Of a stretch of DNA of 64,000 nt, positions 1 to 9,460 are shown piece after piece. Below the pieces are notes generated by a model. That model saw nothing but the letters and a program-made list of their open reading frames with translations, was not told the origin of the DNA and ran no database searches. The translations under genes and the position numbers were made by a program. The stretch comes from Candidatus Sericytochromatia bacterium (GTDB taxonomy: Bacteria > Cyanobacteriota > Sericytochromatia > S15B-MN24 > UBA4093): NCBI GenBank assembly GCA_036676985.1, contig JAKFBU010000077.1:32001-96000 (forward strand). Reading direction: 5' to 3'. How positions within the stretch are numbered: the stretch's first letter is position 1; every line of letters starts with the position of its first letter.

Positions 1-801
1 CACCGCGATGCCGACGTCGAAGAAGCCGTTGTAGACGATGTCGTTGCCGTCCACCGTGGCGTTGATGATCGGGAACTCCTTGAGGGCCTCGGTCACCGCG
101 GACACGAAGAAGCTCATGAAGCCCAGCTTGATGCCGTACTTCTTGACGAACTGGTCCTGGTACTTCTTGCGGAGGTCCATGACCGGCTTCATGTTCACTT
201 CGTTGAAGGTGGTCAGGATGGCCGCCGTGTTCTGGACCTGCTTGAGGCGCTCGGCGATGCGCGCGCGGATGCGCGTCATGGGCACGCGGCGCGCGGGGCG
301 CTCGCCGGTGGGCAGCTGCACGGGCGCGATCGCAGGAGCCGCGGCCTTGGGGGCGGCTCCGCCCTCGACGTGCGCGAGCACGTCACCCTTGGTCACCCGG
401 CCGCCCTTGCCCGTGCCCGCGATGTCCTCGGGCTTGGCGCCCGTCTCGGCGACGAGCTTGCGCACGGCCGGCGAGAGCTCGGTCGAGACCGGGGCGGCGG
501 GCACCGTGGCGACGGCGGGCGCGGCCTCGGCGGCTTGAGCCTGTGCCGGAGCGGCAGCGGCCGCCTCGGTGTCGATCACGGCCAACAGCTGGCCCGTCGT
601 GACGGTGTCGCCTTCCTGCTTCTCGACGGACTTGAGGACGCCCGCCTGAGGGGCCGTCACCTCGAGCACGACCTTGTCGGTCTCGATGCCGATGAGCATG
701 TCGCCGCGATCGACGGCCTCACCCACCTGCTTGTTCCAGTTGAGCAGGAGGCCTTCGCTGACGGACTCCGAGAAAACGGGGACTTTGACTTCTACGAGCA
801 T
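1..801 (-). CDS. sucB: Dihydrolipoamide succinyltransferase, E2 of 2-oxoglutarate dehydrogenase (3' end outside window)
   Basis: Manual translation from ATG 801: MLVEVKVPVFSESVSEG...IETDKVVLEV (lipoyl domain), GTGKGGRVTKGDV (E3-binding), MTRIRARIAERL, TTFNEVNM; directly downstream of sucA. Confidence 0.95.
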   Translation of the reverse strand, partial: MLVEVKVPVFSESVSEGLLLNWNKQVGEAVDRGDMLIGIETDKVVLEVTAPQAGVLKSVEKQEGDTVTTGQLLAVIDTEAAAAAPAQAQAAEAAPAVATVPAAPVSTELSPAVRKLVAETGAKPEDIAGTGKGGRVTKGDVLAHVEGGAAPKAAAPAIAPVQLPTGERPARRVPMTRIRARIAERLKQVQNTAAILTTFNEVNMKPVMDLRKKYQDQFVKKYGIKLGFMSFFVSAVTEALKEFPIINATVDGNDIVYNGFFDVGIAV

Positions 802-813
802 GACTACTCCTAC

Positions 814-3642
814 TTAGACCGAGGCGCCTTGGCGGTCGCGCTCGGCAACCGCCGTCAGGCCGAACGCCCGGTCGATGATGGCTTGCTGTTGTTCGTTGTG
901 CTTGGAGGCATAGCCGACCGCGGGCGAGGCGGAAGCCGGGCGGCAAGCCCGGTCGAGCGACTGGCCGGTGGCGAGGCTCGCCGCCAGGTTGTCGCGCAGG
1001 AAGAACCAGGCGCCCTGGTTTTCCGGCTCCTCTTGGGCCCAGGTGACCTGGGCGCCCGGGTACTTGGCGAGCTCCTGGCGCAGCTCGGTCTCCGGGAAGG
1101 GATAGAGCTGCTCCAGGCGCACGATGGCGACGTTCGAGAGGCCCTTGGCCTCGCGCGCCTCGACGAAATCGTAGTAGAGCTTGCCGCTGCAGACGACCAC
1201 GCGGTCGATGCCGGTCGCGGGGCGGTTGTCGCCGATGACCGTCTGGAACGCGCCGTTGGCGAGCTCCTCGAGGGTCGAGACCGACAGCTTGTGCCGCAGC
1301 ATGCTCTTGGGGCTCATGATGATGAGCGGCTTGCGGAAGGGCCGCACCATCTGGCGGCGCAGCATGTGGAACATCTGCGCCGGCGTGCTGGGCACGACGA
1401 CCTGCATGTTGTCCTCGGCGCAGAGCTGCATGTAGCGCTCCAGGCGCGCCGACGAGTGCTCGGGGCCCTGACCCTCGTAGCCGTGCGGCAGCATCATGAC
1501 CAGGCCGCTCAGGCGCTGCCACTTGGCTTCGCCCGCGCTGATGAACTGGTCGATGACCGACTGCGCGACGTTCGCGAAGTCGCCGTACTGCGCCTCCCAG
1601 ATGTCGAGGACGTTGGGCTCGGTGCTCGAGTAGCCGTACTCGAAGCCGAGCACGCCCTCCTCGGACAGCGTCGAGTCGATGACGTTGAACCAGGCCTGGT
1701 CGTCAGCGAGGTGCTGCAGGGGGACGTAGACCTCGCCCTCGGGCTTGCCCGTCGAGCGCTGGTCGTGCAGGGCCGCATGCCGGTGGAAGAAGGTGCCGCG
1801 GCCGGCGTCCTGGCCCGTGAAGCGGACCGGGAACTTCTCCAGGGTGACCAACGAGGCATAGGCCAGGTTCTCGGCGAAGCCCCAGTCCACCGGGGTCTTG
1901 CCCTCGGTCATCTCCACGCGGCTCTTGAGGACGCGGTCCACGCGGGGGTGGAGCTTGAAGCCTTCGGGCAGCTCGGTCAGCTTGGCGCCGAGCCGCTTGA
2001 GGACGTCCATGGGGACCCGGGTCTCGCCCGCGGCCCGCCAGGACTGGTTGAGGTAGGGCGCCCAGGTGTTGCCCTTGATCGAGATGTAGTCCGACTCGAC
2101 GGCGTCGGCCACGCTCTTGCCCTGATCCAGGGCGTCGCGGTAGCTCGCGACGAGCTGCTTGATCTCTCCGGGCTGGAGCACGCCTTCCTTCTCCAGCTGC
2201 TGGGCGTAGAGGGCGAGCACGCCGGGGTGCTTGTCGATCTGCACGTACATGTCCGGCTGCGTGGCGCGGGGCTCGTCGGACTCGTTGTGCCCGTGCCGGC
2301 GCCAGCAGACGAGATCGATGAAGACGTCCTTGCGGAAGGTCATCCGGTAGTCGAGCGCCAGAAGGGCCGCGTAGGCGACCGCCTCGGGGTCGTCGCCGTT
2401 GACGTGGAAGACCGGCGCGTCGATGAACTTGGCGATGTCGGTCGCATAGCGGGTGGAGCGGACGTCCAGGGGGTCGCTGATGCTGAAGCCCACCTGGTTG
2501 TTGACCACCACGTGCAGGGTGCCGCCGGTGGTGAAGCCGCGCAGCTGCGAGAGGTTGAGCGTCTCGGTGACCACGCCCTGGCCGGAGACGGCGGCGTCAC
2601 CGTGGATGAGCACGGGCAGCACCTGGCTGCGCTCCAGGTCGCTGCGCCGATCCTGGCGCGCGCGGACCGAGCCCTCGACCACCGGGTTGATGATCTCGAG
2701 GTGCGACGGGTTGAAGCCGAGCGCCAGGTGGACCGGACCGCCCTCGGTCTCGAGGTCCGCCGAGAAGCCCAGGTGGTACTTCACGTCGCCCGAGATGTTG
2801 GGCGCGAGCTCCTTTTTGCCCTCGAACTCGGCGAAGAGCTGGCTGGTCTTCTTGCCGAAGATGTTGACCAGCACGTTGAGGCGGCCGCGGTGGGCCATGC
2901 CGACCACGACCTCCTTGACGCCCTGCTTGCCGGCGCCGAGGATCGCCTGATCGAGCAGCGGGATGAGCGAGTCTCCGCCTTCGAGGCTGAAGCGCTTCTG
3001 GCCGACGTACTTCTGGTGCAGGTACTTCTCGAGGCCCTCGGCGGCGTTGACCTTGGCGAGGAGGCGCAGCTTGGTCGCCTTGTCGAACTGGCCGCGGCCG
3101 CGGGCGGACTCGATGCGCTGCTGGAGCCACTCGCGCTCGACGCGGGGCAGGTAGGCGAACTCGAAGCCGATGGGGCCGCAGTAGGTGGTGCGCAGATCCT
3201 CGAAGACCTGGCGCAGCGGGCCATGGAAGCCCTCGTACGAGACGGGGTAGTCCAGATCGGCGGCGTTGACGCCGTGGTAGCCGAGCTCGAGCTCGGGGAC
3301 GTCTTCCTGCGGGCGGAGCTTCAGCGGGTTGAACTTGGCGCGCAGGTGGCCATAGGCGCGGTAGGCGCTGATGAGCGCCCCCACGCCTTGCTGGACCGGA
3401 GCGCACTCCGTGGCAACGGGGGCGACGGCCAGGTGCCGGCCGCTCTGCACGAGCTCGGCAAAGGCGCGCTGCACCGGGGAGTGGGCGACCTCCGGGGCCT
3501 GGCCGGCAACCTTGAGGGCCTCGAAGTAGGTGCGCCACTCGGGGGCGACGGACTGGGGATCGGCTAGGAAATCCTCGTACAGGGCTTCCAGGAAAGCGGC
3601 ATTGCTTCCTGCCATCAGCGTCGTGTCAACGTTCACGTTCAA
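814..3642 (-). CDS. sucA: 2-oxoglutarate dehydrogenase E1 component
   Basis: KRFSLEGGDS, GMAHRGRLN, GDVKYHLG, HGDAAVSGQG, WEAQYGDFAN, LPHGYEGQGPEHSSAR motifs. Confidence 0.97.
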   Translation of the reverse strand: MNVNVDTTLMAGSNAAFLEALYEDFLADPQSVAPEWRTYFEALKVAGQAPEVAHSPVQRAFAELVQSGRHLAVAPVATECAPVQQGVGALISAYRAYGHLRAKFNPLKLRPQEDVPELELGYHGVNAADLDYPVSYEGFHGPLRQVFEDLRTTYCGPIGFEFAYLPRVEREWLQQRIESARGRGQFDKATKLRLLAKVNAAEGLEKYLHQKYVGQKRFSLEGGDSLIPLLDQAILGAGKQGVKEVVVGMAHRGRLNVLVNIFGKKTSQLFAEFEGKKELAPNISGDVKYHLGFSADLETEGGPVHLALGFNPSHLEIINPVVEGSVRARQDRRSDLERSQVLPVLIHGDAAVSGQGVVTETLNLSQLRGFTTGGTLHVVVNNQVGFSISDPLDVRSTRYATDIAKFIDAPVFHVNGDDPEAVAYAALLALDYRMTFRKDVFIDLVCWRRHGHNESDEPRATQPDMYVQIDKHPGVLALYAQQLEKEGVLQPGEIKQLVASYRDALDQGKSVADAVESDYISIKGNTWAPYLNQSWRAAGETRVPMDVLKRLGAKLTELPEGFKLHPRVDRVLKSRVEMTEGKTPVDWGFAENLAYASLVTLEKFPVRFTGQDAGRGTFFHRHAALHDQRSTGKPEGEVYVPLQHLADDQAWFNVIDSTLSEEGVLGFEYGYSSTEPNVLDIWEAQYGDFANVAQSVIDQFISAGEAKWQRLSGLVMMLPHGYEGQGPEHSSARLERYMQLCAEDNMQVVVPSTPAQMFHMLRRQMVRPFRKPLIIMSPKSMLRHKLSVSTLEELANGAFQTVIGDNRPATGIDRVVVCSGKLYYDFVEAREAKGLSNVAIVRLEQLYPFPETELRQELAKYPGAQVTWAQEEPENQGAWFFLRDNLAASLATGQSLDRACRPASASPAVGYASKHNEQQQAIIDRAFGLTAVAERDRQGASV

Positions 3643-4055
3643 TCCTACTCAAACGACATATCGGCGAAAAGGCGGAACTGGTCAGGCGCAGAAGGGCTCT
3701 GGGCCCGGCCTAACCAGCCCCATTGTACCTCGTTATCGGCGGCATGGGGTATCCCCTTCCGTCAATCGGTAGAAAGCCAGGATTTCGGCACCTCTATCGG
3801 CGGTGGTGGGGTCCAATGGGTTGTTGCAGGTGGTTTTGAGTGGGGTTGTGATGGGTGAAAGCTAATTAGGGCGCCATTTTTGCTGCATGATCGGGGGAGA
3901 TGGCGACACGGAAATGACTTGCTGCAAATCGTATCGTTTAATATAGTTTACGAAGCTGCTTTTCGCGCGACCCGCAATAGAAAAGCGTCTCAACTTCCGG
4001 ATTCGCGCCCATTTCAGGGCCATGTTGCCCGCGTCAGGCACAAAGGAGTACGCCA

Positions 4056-5252
4056 GTGGAAGTAAGCCTCAGGGAACTGCTCGATCTGCTCGTCCGGTGG
4101 GTGCACGTCATCGCGGGCATCATGTGGATCGGCAACTCCATGCTCTTCAACTGGCTCGATCGCAACCTCGAGAAGCGGACGGACGCCCAGCCCGGCCATG
4201 AGGGCGAGATCTGGCTCTTGCACAGCGGCGGGTTCTACCAGGTCGAGAAGAAGCAGCTCGCCCCGAACGAGATGCCCGAGATCCTCCACTGGTTCAAGTG
4301 GCAGGCCGGTATCACGTGGCTGAGCGGCGCGTTCCTGCTGGCCATCGTCTACTACATGGGCGGCGGCGTCTTCCTGGTGGATCCGGCGGTCTCGAGCCTC
4401 ACGCCCGCCGCGGCCACGGCCGTTGGGATCGGCGCCCTGGTCGTCTCGTGGGTCGTCTACGACCTGATCTGGAAGTCGCCCCTCTCCAAGCAGCCCCGTG
4501 TCGCCCTGGGCCTGACCTTCATGTACGTCCTCGGCGTGGCCTACGTCTTGACGCACCTCTTGAGCGCGCGGGCGGCCTACCTGCACGTGGGGGCGGTGCT
4601 CGGCACCATGATGGCGGGCAACGTGTGGATGGTGATCCTGCCCTCGCAGCGGCAGCTGGTCGGCGCCACCGAGCGCGGGGAGAGGCCGGATCCGACGCTC
4701 GCCGCCAAGGCCAAGCAGCGCTCGATCCACAACAACTACATCACCTTTCCGCTGCTCTTCATCATGGTGAGCAACCACTTTCCGGGCCTCTACGGTCACC
4801 ACCTGAACTGGGTGCTCTTGGGCGTGGTGATGCTCGCGGGCGCGACGGTGCGTCACTTCATGAACATCCGCTTCACCTACAAGGGGTGGATCCCGGCGAT
4901 CTCGGCCACGGTGACGGTCGCGATCGCGGCCCTGGTGATGATCATGGCCTACCGTCCGGCGGCCCCCAAGCAGGCGTCGGCGGAGCCTGCGACCTTCGCG
5001 GCGGCGCATGCCATTGTCAATCAGCGCTGCGCAACCTGCCACTCGCAGTCGCCGACCGATCCCGCCTTTCCCTCGGCGCCTGCTGGCGTGACCTTCGACT
5101 CGCCCGAGAGCATCAAGGCCTTTGCGCCGCGGATCAAGGCCCGGGCGGTCTTGTCGGCGAGCATGCCGCTCGGCAACAAGACTGGCATGACGCCCGAGGA
5201 GCGGGCCCTGTTGGGGAGCTGGATCGACGGCGGGGCCGAGATCACGCAATAG
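4056..5252 (+). CDS. puuD: Urate hydroxylase PuuD-like membrane protein with C-terminal cytochrome c domain
   Basis: RWVHVIAGIMWIGNS, WLLHSGGFY, LHWFKWQA, RSIHNNYITFP; C-terminal CATCH and MPLGNKTGMT; AAGGAG RBS before GTG. Confidence 0.88.
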   Translation: MEVSLRELLDLLVRWVHVIAGIMWIGNSMLFNWLDRNLEKRTDAQPGHEGEIWLLHSGGFYQVEKKQLAPNEMPEILHWFKWQAGITWLSGAFLLAIVYYMGGGVFLVDPAVSSLTPAAATAVGIGALVVSWVVYDLIWKSPLSKQPRVALGLTFMYVLGVAYVLTHLLSARAAYLHVGAVLGTMMAGNVWMVILPSQRQLVGATERGERPDPTLAAKAKQRSIHNNYITFPLLFIMVSNHFPGLYGHHLNWVLLGVVMLAGATVRHFMNIRFTYKGWIPAISATVTVAIAALVMIMAYRPAAPKQASAEPATFAAAHAIVNQRCATCHSQSPTDPAFPSAPAGVTFDSPESIKAFAPRIKARAVLSASMPLGNKTGMTPEERALLGSWIDGGAEITQ

Positions 5253-5255
5253 GCG

Positions 5256-5432
5256 CTAGTTGCCGGAGGCCCCGACCTTGATCTGGGCCTCGACGAGGCT
5301 GAGGGCGTTGCGCGCGGCCATGAGCTCCAGGAGCATGTCCTCGGCGGGGCAATTGGCCATCACCATTGCCTGGAGAACTTGTAGCTTCTCCTCGATGTGT
5401 TGCAGCGTGTTTAGGCAGAGAACTTGCTCCAC
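5256..5432 (-). CDS. Small 58-aa CsoR/RcnR-like protein (not in ORF track)
   Basis: GTG start after AGGAAGG; MEQVLCLNTLQHIEEKLQVLQAMVMANCPAEDMLLELMAARNALSLVEAQIKVGASGN resembles helices 1-2 of CsoR/RcnR repressors. Confidence 0.55.
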   Translation of the reverse strand: MEQVLCLNTLQHIEEKLQVLQAMVMANCPAEDMLLELMAARNALSLVEAQIKVGASGN

Positions 5433-5544
5433 GGGGCCTTCCTTCTTGCGGGCATTTCGTCGCCACTATATACCGGCTACCGGTATACCGCCAGTGCCGG
5501 CAGACGGTCCGCCGCCCGAGAGGCCCGTGGAATGGGCGAATCCG

Positions 5545-6039
5545 CTAACGCAAGAGGCCGCCCTGCTTGAGCTGCCAGACCGTGGCCCTGACCTCCTGCT
5601 GGTAGGTCAGCTCGTCTGAAAGCTCCGTGAGCGGCTCGCTGGACAGCGCGGCCAGATCCCCGAGGATGTGCTGGAGACGCCCCCGCACCGCCTTGAGGTC
5701 GGCGTGCAGCCGCAGGTCGGCCAACAGGGACTTGAGCTGCAAGACCTTGGCGTCCAGGTCCGCGAGCTGTAGGCGAAGGTGCCCCAGGCGCTGGATCATG
5801 TCGCTTGCCTGGGCGTTGAGCTGGGCATGCAGGGGATCCGTTGGGCCGAGCTCGGCGAGCTGCCGATGCGTCCGCCCGAGGGCCATGGCCAGCTCCGCCA
5901 GGTGCAGGCGGAGCTGGCGCCCGGCGTCCTCGAGCCGTGACGTGGCAGTAATGAGCATGGCCTCGGGGCCGCTCGCACGACCCAAGAGCCGATTCCAGAA
6001 GGCTTGCAGACCGGCGGCCAGGATCTCGAATCCGGGCAT
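5545..6039 (-). CDS. PspA/IM30-like coiled-coil protein
   Basis: FWNRLLG...PEAMLITATSRLEDAGRQLR N-terminal pattern, helical; AGGAGG RBS; divergent from NfeD/SPFH pair. Confidence 0.55.
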   Translation of the reverse strand: MPGFEILAAGLQAFWNRLLGRASGPEAMLITATSRLEDAGRQLRLHLAELAMALGRTHRQLAELGPTDPLHAQLNAQASDMIQRLGHLRLQLADLDAKVLQLKSLLADLRLHADLKAVRGRLQHILGDLAALSSEPLTELSDELTYQQEVRATVWQLKQGGLLR

Positions 6040-6183
6040 GGCTCCCCCTCCTAATCATCAGTTTGAACTTTTGTGAAGCATAGCATGCGACCGCCTTACG
6101 CTAAAGCGATCGCTGTTGCTGGAACAGGCGAACGGGGTATAGCTTTCCTGGTCGACGGGACGTCGCTCAGGAGGCTAACAGGG

Positions 6184-6615
6184 ATGACACCTTGGCAATA
6201 CTGGCTCATCGCAGGGTTCGTCTGCCTGGCCGTGGAGGTCTTCACGCCGGGCTTCTTCATGGCCTGCCTCGGCATCGGCTGCTTTGTCGGGGCGATCGTC
6301 GCCGTGGCGCATGGCGGGCTCACGCTCCAGGTGGTGGCGATGGTGGCGGGCTCCGCGCTCGCCGTGGCGCTCGTCAGGCCCCTCCTGTCGCGGGCCCTTG
6401 CCCCGCGGGAGGCGCTCGTGACCAACACCGACGCCCTCATCGGCAAGAGCGGTCGCGTGATCGAGAACATCGATCCGCATCAGGCCAAGGGCCGGGTGGT
6501 CGTGGAGGGCGAGGACTGGTGGGCCACCTCCCTCGACCAGTCGGGGATCGCCGTCGATGAGCGGGTGCGCGTGATCCAGGTGGACGGCTCTCGCCTGGTC
6601 GTCGAAAAGGACTAG
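6184..6615 (+). CDS. NfeD family membrane protein
   Basis: WLIAG..LAVEVFTPGFF, LIGKSGRV, GRVVVEGEDWWA OB-fold; start moved to ATG 6184 after AGGAGG. Confidence 0.9.
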   Translation: MTPWQYWLIAGFVCLAVEVFTPGFFMACLGIGCFVGAIVAVAHGGLTLQVVAMVAGSALAVALVRPLLSRALAPREALVTNTDALIGKSGRVIENIDPHQAKGRVVVEGEDWWATSLDQSGIAVDERVRVIQVDGSRLVVEKD

Positions 6616-6682
6616 CCCCCACCGGACGATTCGCTACCGTTCCGTCCCCTCAGCGCACCGCGCGGTTTACGAAAGGACTGCC

Positions 6683-7732
6683 ATGGGCTTCTTCATCGTC
6701 TTGCTTTGCTTTCTCGTCTTCGCCATCGTCCTGATCGGCAAATCGGTCAAGATCGTCCAGCAGTCGGAGACCATGGTCATCGAGCGCCTGGGCGCCTATC
6801 ATCGGACGCTGACGGGCGGAATCAACGTCATCTGGCCCATCATCGACCGTCCCCGCGAGGTGGACTGGCGCTACGAGGTCGAGGAGAAGGGCCGTCCGCT
6901 CTACCTGACCCGTCGGGTGTCGCGCATCGACCTGCGCGAGACGGTCTACGACTTTCCGCGCCAGAACGTCATCACCAAGGACAACGTCAGCACGCAGATC
7001 AGCGCCCTCTTGTACTTCCAGATCACCGATCCCAAGAAGTCCGTTTACGAGATCGCGAACCTGCCGGACGCCATCGAGAAGCTGACACAGACGTCCCTGC
7101 GCAACGTCATCGGTGAGATGGACCTGGACGAGACCCTCACCTCGCGCGACACCATCAACAACAAGCTGCGCGCCATCCTGGATCAGGCGACCCACAAGTG
7201 GGGCGTGAAGGTCAACCGCGTGGAGTTGCAGGACATCACGCCGCCCCCCGAAATCAAGGGGGCGATGGAGAAGCAGATGCGCGCCGAGCGCGATCGCCGC
7301 GCGGCCATCCTCGAGGCCGAGGGCTCGAAGGCCTCGAAGATCCTGGAGTCCGAGGGTATCCGGGCAGCGGACGTCAATCGGGCTGAGGGTGAGAAGCAGG
7401 CGCGCGTGCTTGCGGCCGAGGCCGAGGCGGAGGCCCGGATCAAGGTGGCGCAGGCGGAGGCGCATGCGATCGCCTTGATCACGCAGGCGGTGGCGCAGAG
7501 CGGCGGGGATCCGTCGAACTACCTGATCGCCGTGCGCTACCTGGAGACGCTGAAGGAGATGGTCTCGGGCAAGGACAACAAGGTCGTGTACGTGCCGTTC
7601 GAGGCGTCGGGCGTGCTCGGGGCCCTGGGCGGGCTGCGCGAGATGCTGGATCCCAGGAAGGCCGAGGGCCTGGTGTCGTCGGTGCCGCCGGCGCAGCGGC
7701 CGGTACGGCCGTCGGAAGGGCCTACGGTTTAA
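6683..7732 (+). CDS. SPFH/band-7 (QmcA/stomatin-like) protein
   Basis: IERLGAY, QNVITKDNV, LRNVIGEMDLDETLTSRD, KQMRAERDRRA; follows NfeD. Confidence 0.93.
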   Translation: MGFFIVLLCFLVFAIVLIGKSVKIVQQSETMVIERLGAYHRTLTGGINVIWPIIDRPREVDWRYEVEEKGRPLYLTRRVSRIDLRETVYDFPRQNVITKDNVSTQISALLYFQITDPKKSVYEIANLPDAIEKLTQTSLRNVIGEMDLDETLTSRDTINNKLRAILDQATHKWGVKVNRVELQDITPPPEIKGAMEKQMRAERDRRAAILEAEGSKASKILESEGIRAADVNRAEGEKQARVLAAEAEAEARIKVAQAEAHAIALITQAVAQSGGDPSNYLIAVRYLETLKEMVSGKDNKVVYVPFEASGVLGALGGLREMLDPRKAEGLVSSVPPAQRPVRPSEGPTV

Positions 7733-8002
7733 AGGAACCGTTCGACTTTCGACCTAGCTCAAGTCGAACGGGGTTTGTTGTGGGGGCGCGCTTAATGGCG
7801 TGCCCTCTTTGTCCTTAAGCACTTGAGGAGCTGTGCGTTCCTTCGACGGGCACAGGACGAACGGTTGGACGTGGGTGGATCGAGTAGCCTTCCCTTGGCT
7901 TGAGCAGTGACCCCTTGAGACCCTCAACAATCCCCGTTCGTCTTGAGCCTGGTCGAAAGCCTGTCCTGAGCCTGTCGAAGGGGCGAACGGTTCCTCAAGT
8001 GC
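7733..8002. repeat. Cluster of REP-like palindromic units (BIME-like)
   Basis: AGGAACCGTTCG..TTCGACCTAGCTCAAGTCGAACGG (7733), GCACTTGAGG..CTTCGACGGGCACAGGACGAACGG (7819) and an inverted copy CCGTTCGTCTTGAGCCTGGTCGAAAG..CCTGAGCCTGTCGAAGG..CGAACGGTTCCTCAAGTGC (to 8002), between convergent genes. Confidence 0.75.
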
Positions 8003-8034
8003 ATGTTGGGCACGGGGGCAGGCAGGGCTGGCGC

Positions 8035-8901
8035 TTATTGAGGCAGGGGCGTGGTGGTCGGGGACCAGCAGTCCCGGTAATCCGCGATGAACTGCCGCAT
8101 CGTCAGGGGCGGACGGCTCAGGAGGCGCTCGGTGTCAGGCGTCAGGCCCCCCGCGAGCCCGAGCTTGCACGTGGCGTAGATGCCTGCCATCACGAGCACG
8201 AAGGGCATGGGCACGCCTTCGCGGCGCTTGGTGAGGACAAAGCGCAGGAGCGATGGGTTGGCGTAGGCGATGCGCCGGCCGAGACTCGCCGAGAAGAGCT
8301 CCGCGACCTCCTGGTAGGTCAAGGCCTCCGAGCCCGTCAGGGGATAGGCCTTGCCCTCATGGCCCGGCTCCGTGAGGGTCTTTGCGGCCACCGCCGCGAT
8401 GTCCCGGACGTCGATGAAGCTCGTGCGGCCCCGGCCCGCGGGCACGAAGATCTCGTCCCGGTCGCGGATCTCCGCGAGGTGGGTCGTGCTCAGGTTCTGC
8501 ATGAAGAAGCTGGGCCGCAGGAAGGTGTAGGGGATCCCCGAGGCCAGGATCAGGTCCTCGATCTTCCGGTGCGGCACCACCCGGTTCTTCTCGGCGCCGA
8601 GCAGCGAGTGGAAGACGATGTGCCTCACGCCGGCTTCCTTGGCCGCCCGGATGAACGGCCCGAAGATGCGCTCGGCGTCAGAGAGCTCGGGCGGTCGAAC
8701 GAGGAATACCTTGTCCACGCCTTCGAGTGCCAGCTCGAACGTCTCGGGACGCTCGAAGTCGAACTCCACCTCCGGATACGCCCGGCGGGCCACCGAGGGG
8801 CGCCTCACGCCGGCAAAGACGGGCTCGCCCTGCTCGACCAGGAGCCGGAGGATCTCTGCTCCCACGTTGCCCGTGGCGCCGGTGACAAGAATGGCTCCCA
8901 T
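8035..8901 (-). CDS. NmrA-like atypical SDR oxidoreductase
   Basis: ILVTGATGNVG, HRKIED, LRPSFFMQN, FIDVRDIA. Confidence 0.9.
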   Translation of the reverse strand: MGAILVTGATGNVGAEILRLLVEQGEPVFAGVRRPSVARRAYPEVEFDFERPETFELALEGVDKVFLVRPPELSDAERIFGPFIRAAKEAGVRHIVFHSLLGAEKNRVVPHRKIEDLILASGIPYTFLRPSFFMQNLSTTHLAEIRDRDEIFVPAGRGRTSFIDVRDIAAVAAKTLTEPGHEGKAYPLTGSEALTYQEVAELFSASLGRRIAYANPSLLRFVLTKRREGVPMPFVLVMAGIYATCKLGLAGGLTPDTERLLSRPPLTMRQFIADYRDCWSPTTTPLPQ

Positions 8902-8905
8902 GGCG

Positions 8906-9367
8906 CTATCGGACCGAGCCGACGAACGTCGGATTCTCCGCCGCGGCCCGGGCGCTGCTGTCCTGCTTGGCCAGGACGGCGAGCACGCCCATCACCCCGA
9001 GGCCCGCGAGGCTCAGGGGAGCGAGCGGCGGTGGACCGTGCTCGCCCTCCTTCTCCTCGTGTGACCCGCCCGCATGTGCGGCTGCCTTTTCCTGGTGCTC
9101 CAGGGCCTCCTCCCGGTGCTCGACGGTGCCCATGACCCCGCCGAATGCCACGAAGAGCAGGCCTGCGATCGCAAGTCCCTTCCACTTGCCCCGGAGCACC
9201 ACGCCCAGGAGCGAGAACAGGATGCCGAGCGAGCTCGCGCTGATGCCGACGATCTGCTTCTCTTCGGTGTGTCCGGTCAAGACCAGCTCGCCGAGCGTCA
9301 TGGCGAACGCGCCGGCGAGCAGCAAGAGGACGAGTTGCGGGAACTGGGTTTGCAGGCGAGTGCGCAT
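8906..9367 (-). CDS. Hypothetical membrane protein (about 4 TM)
   Basis: Hydrophobic segments, His/Glu-rich loop, PPPLAPLSLAGLG; ATG 9367 after GAGGAGG. Confidence 0.7.
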   Translation of the reverse strand: MRTRLQTQFPQLVLLLLAGAFAMTLGELVLTGHTEEKQIVGISASSLGILFSLLGVVLRGKWKGLAIAGLLFVAFGGVMGTVEHREEALEHQEKAAAHAGGSHEEKEGEHGPPPLAPLSLAGLGVMGVLAVLAKQDSSARAAAENPTFVGSVR

Positions 9368-9460
9368 GGGGCCTCCTCGAGGGTCAAGGGTGGGATGGGC
9401 GATCCGGTCGGAGCCGATGGACAAGCGCGGCCTCGACGGATCGGCGGTGCGGTGGAACGA

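Noticed and set aside
370-3567. Long antisense ORFs (e.g. 370-3567, 10746-13184, 31006-33108, 42299-44464, 44187-46358, 46499-48214)
   Set aside because: Shadow frames opposite well-supported genes, expected at high GC3; no recognisable motifs.
6070-6090. Rex operator
   Set aside because: Only the TTGTGAA half-site is present, with no matching TTCACAA.
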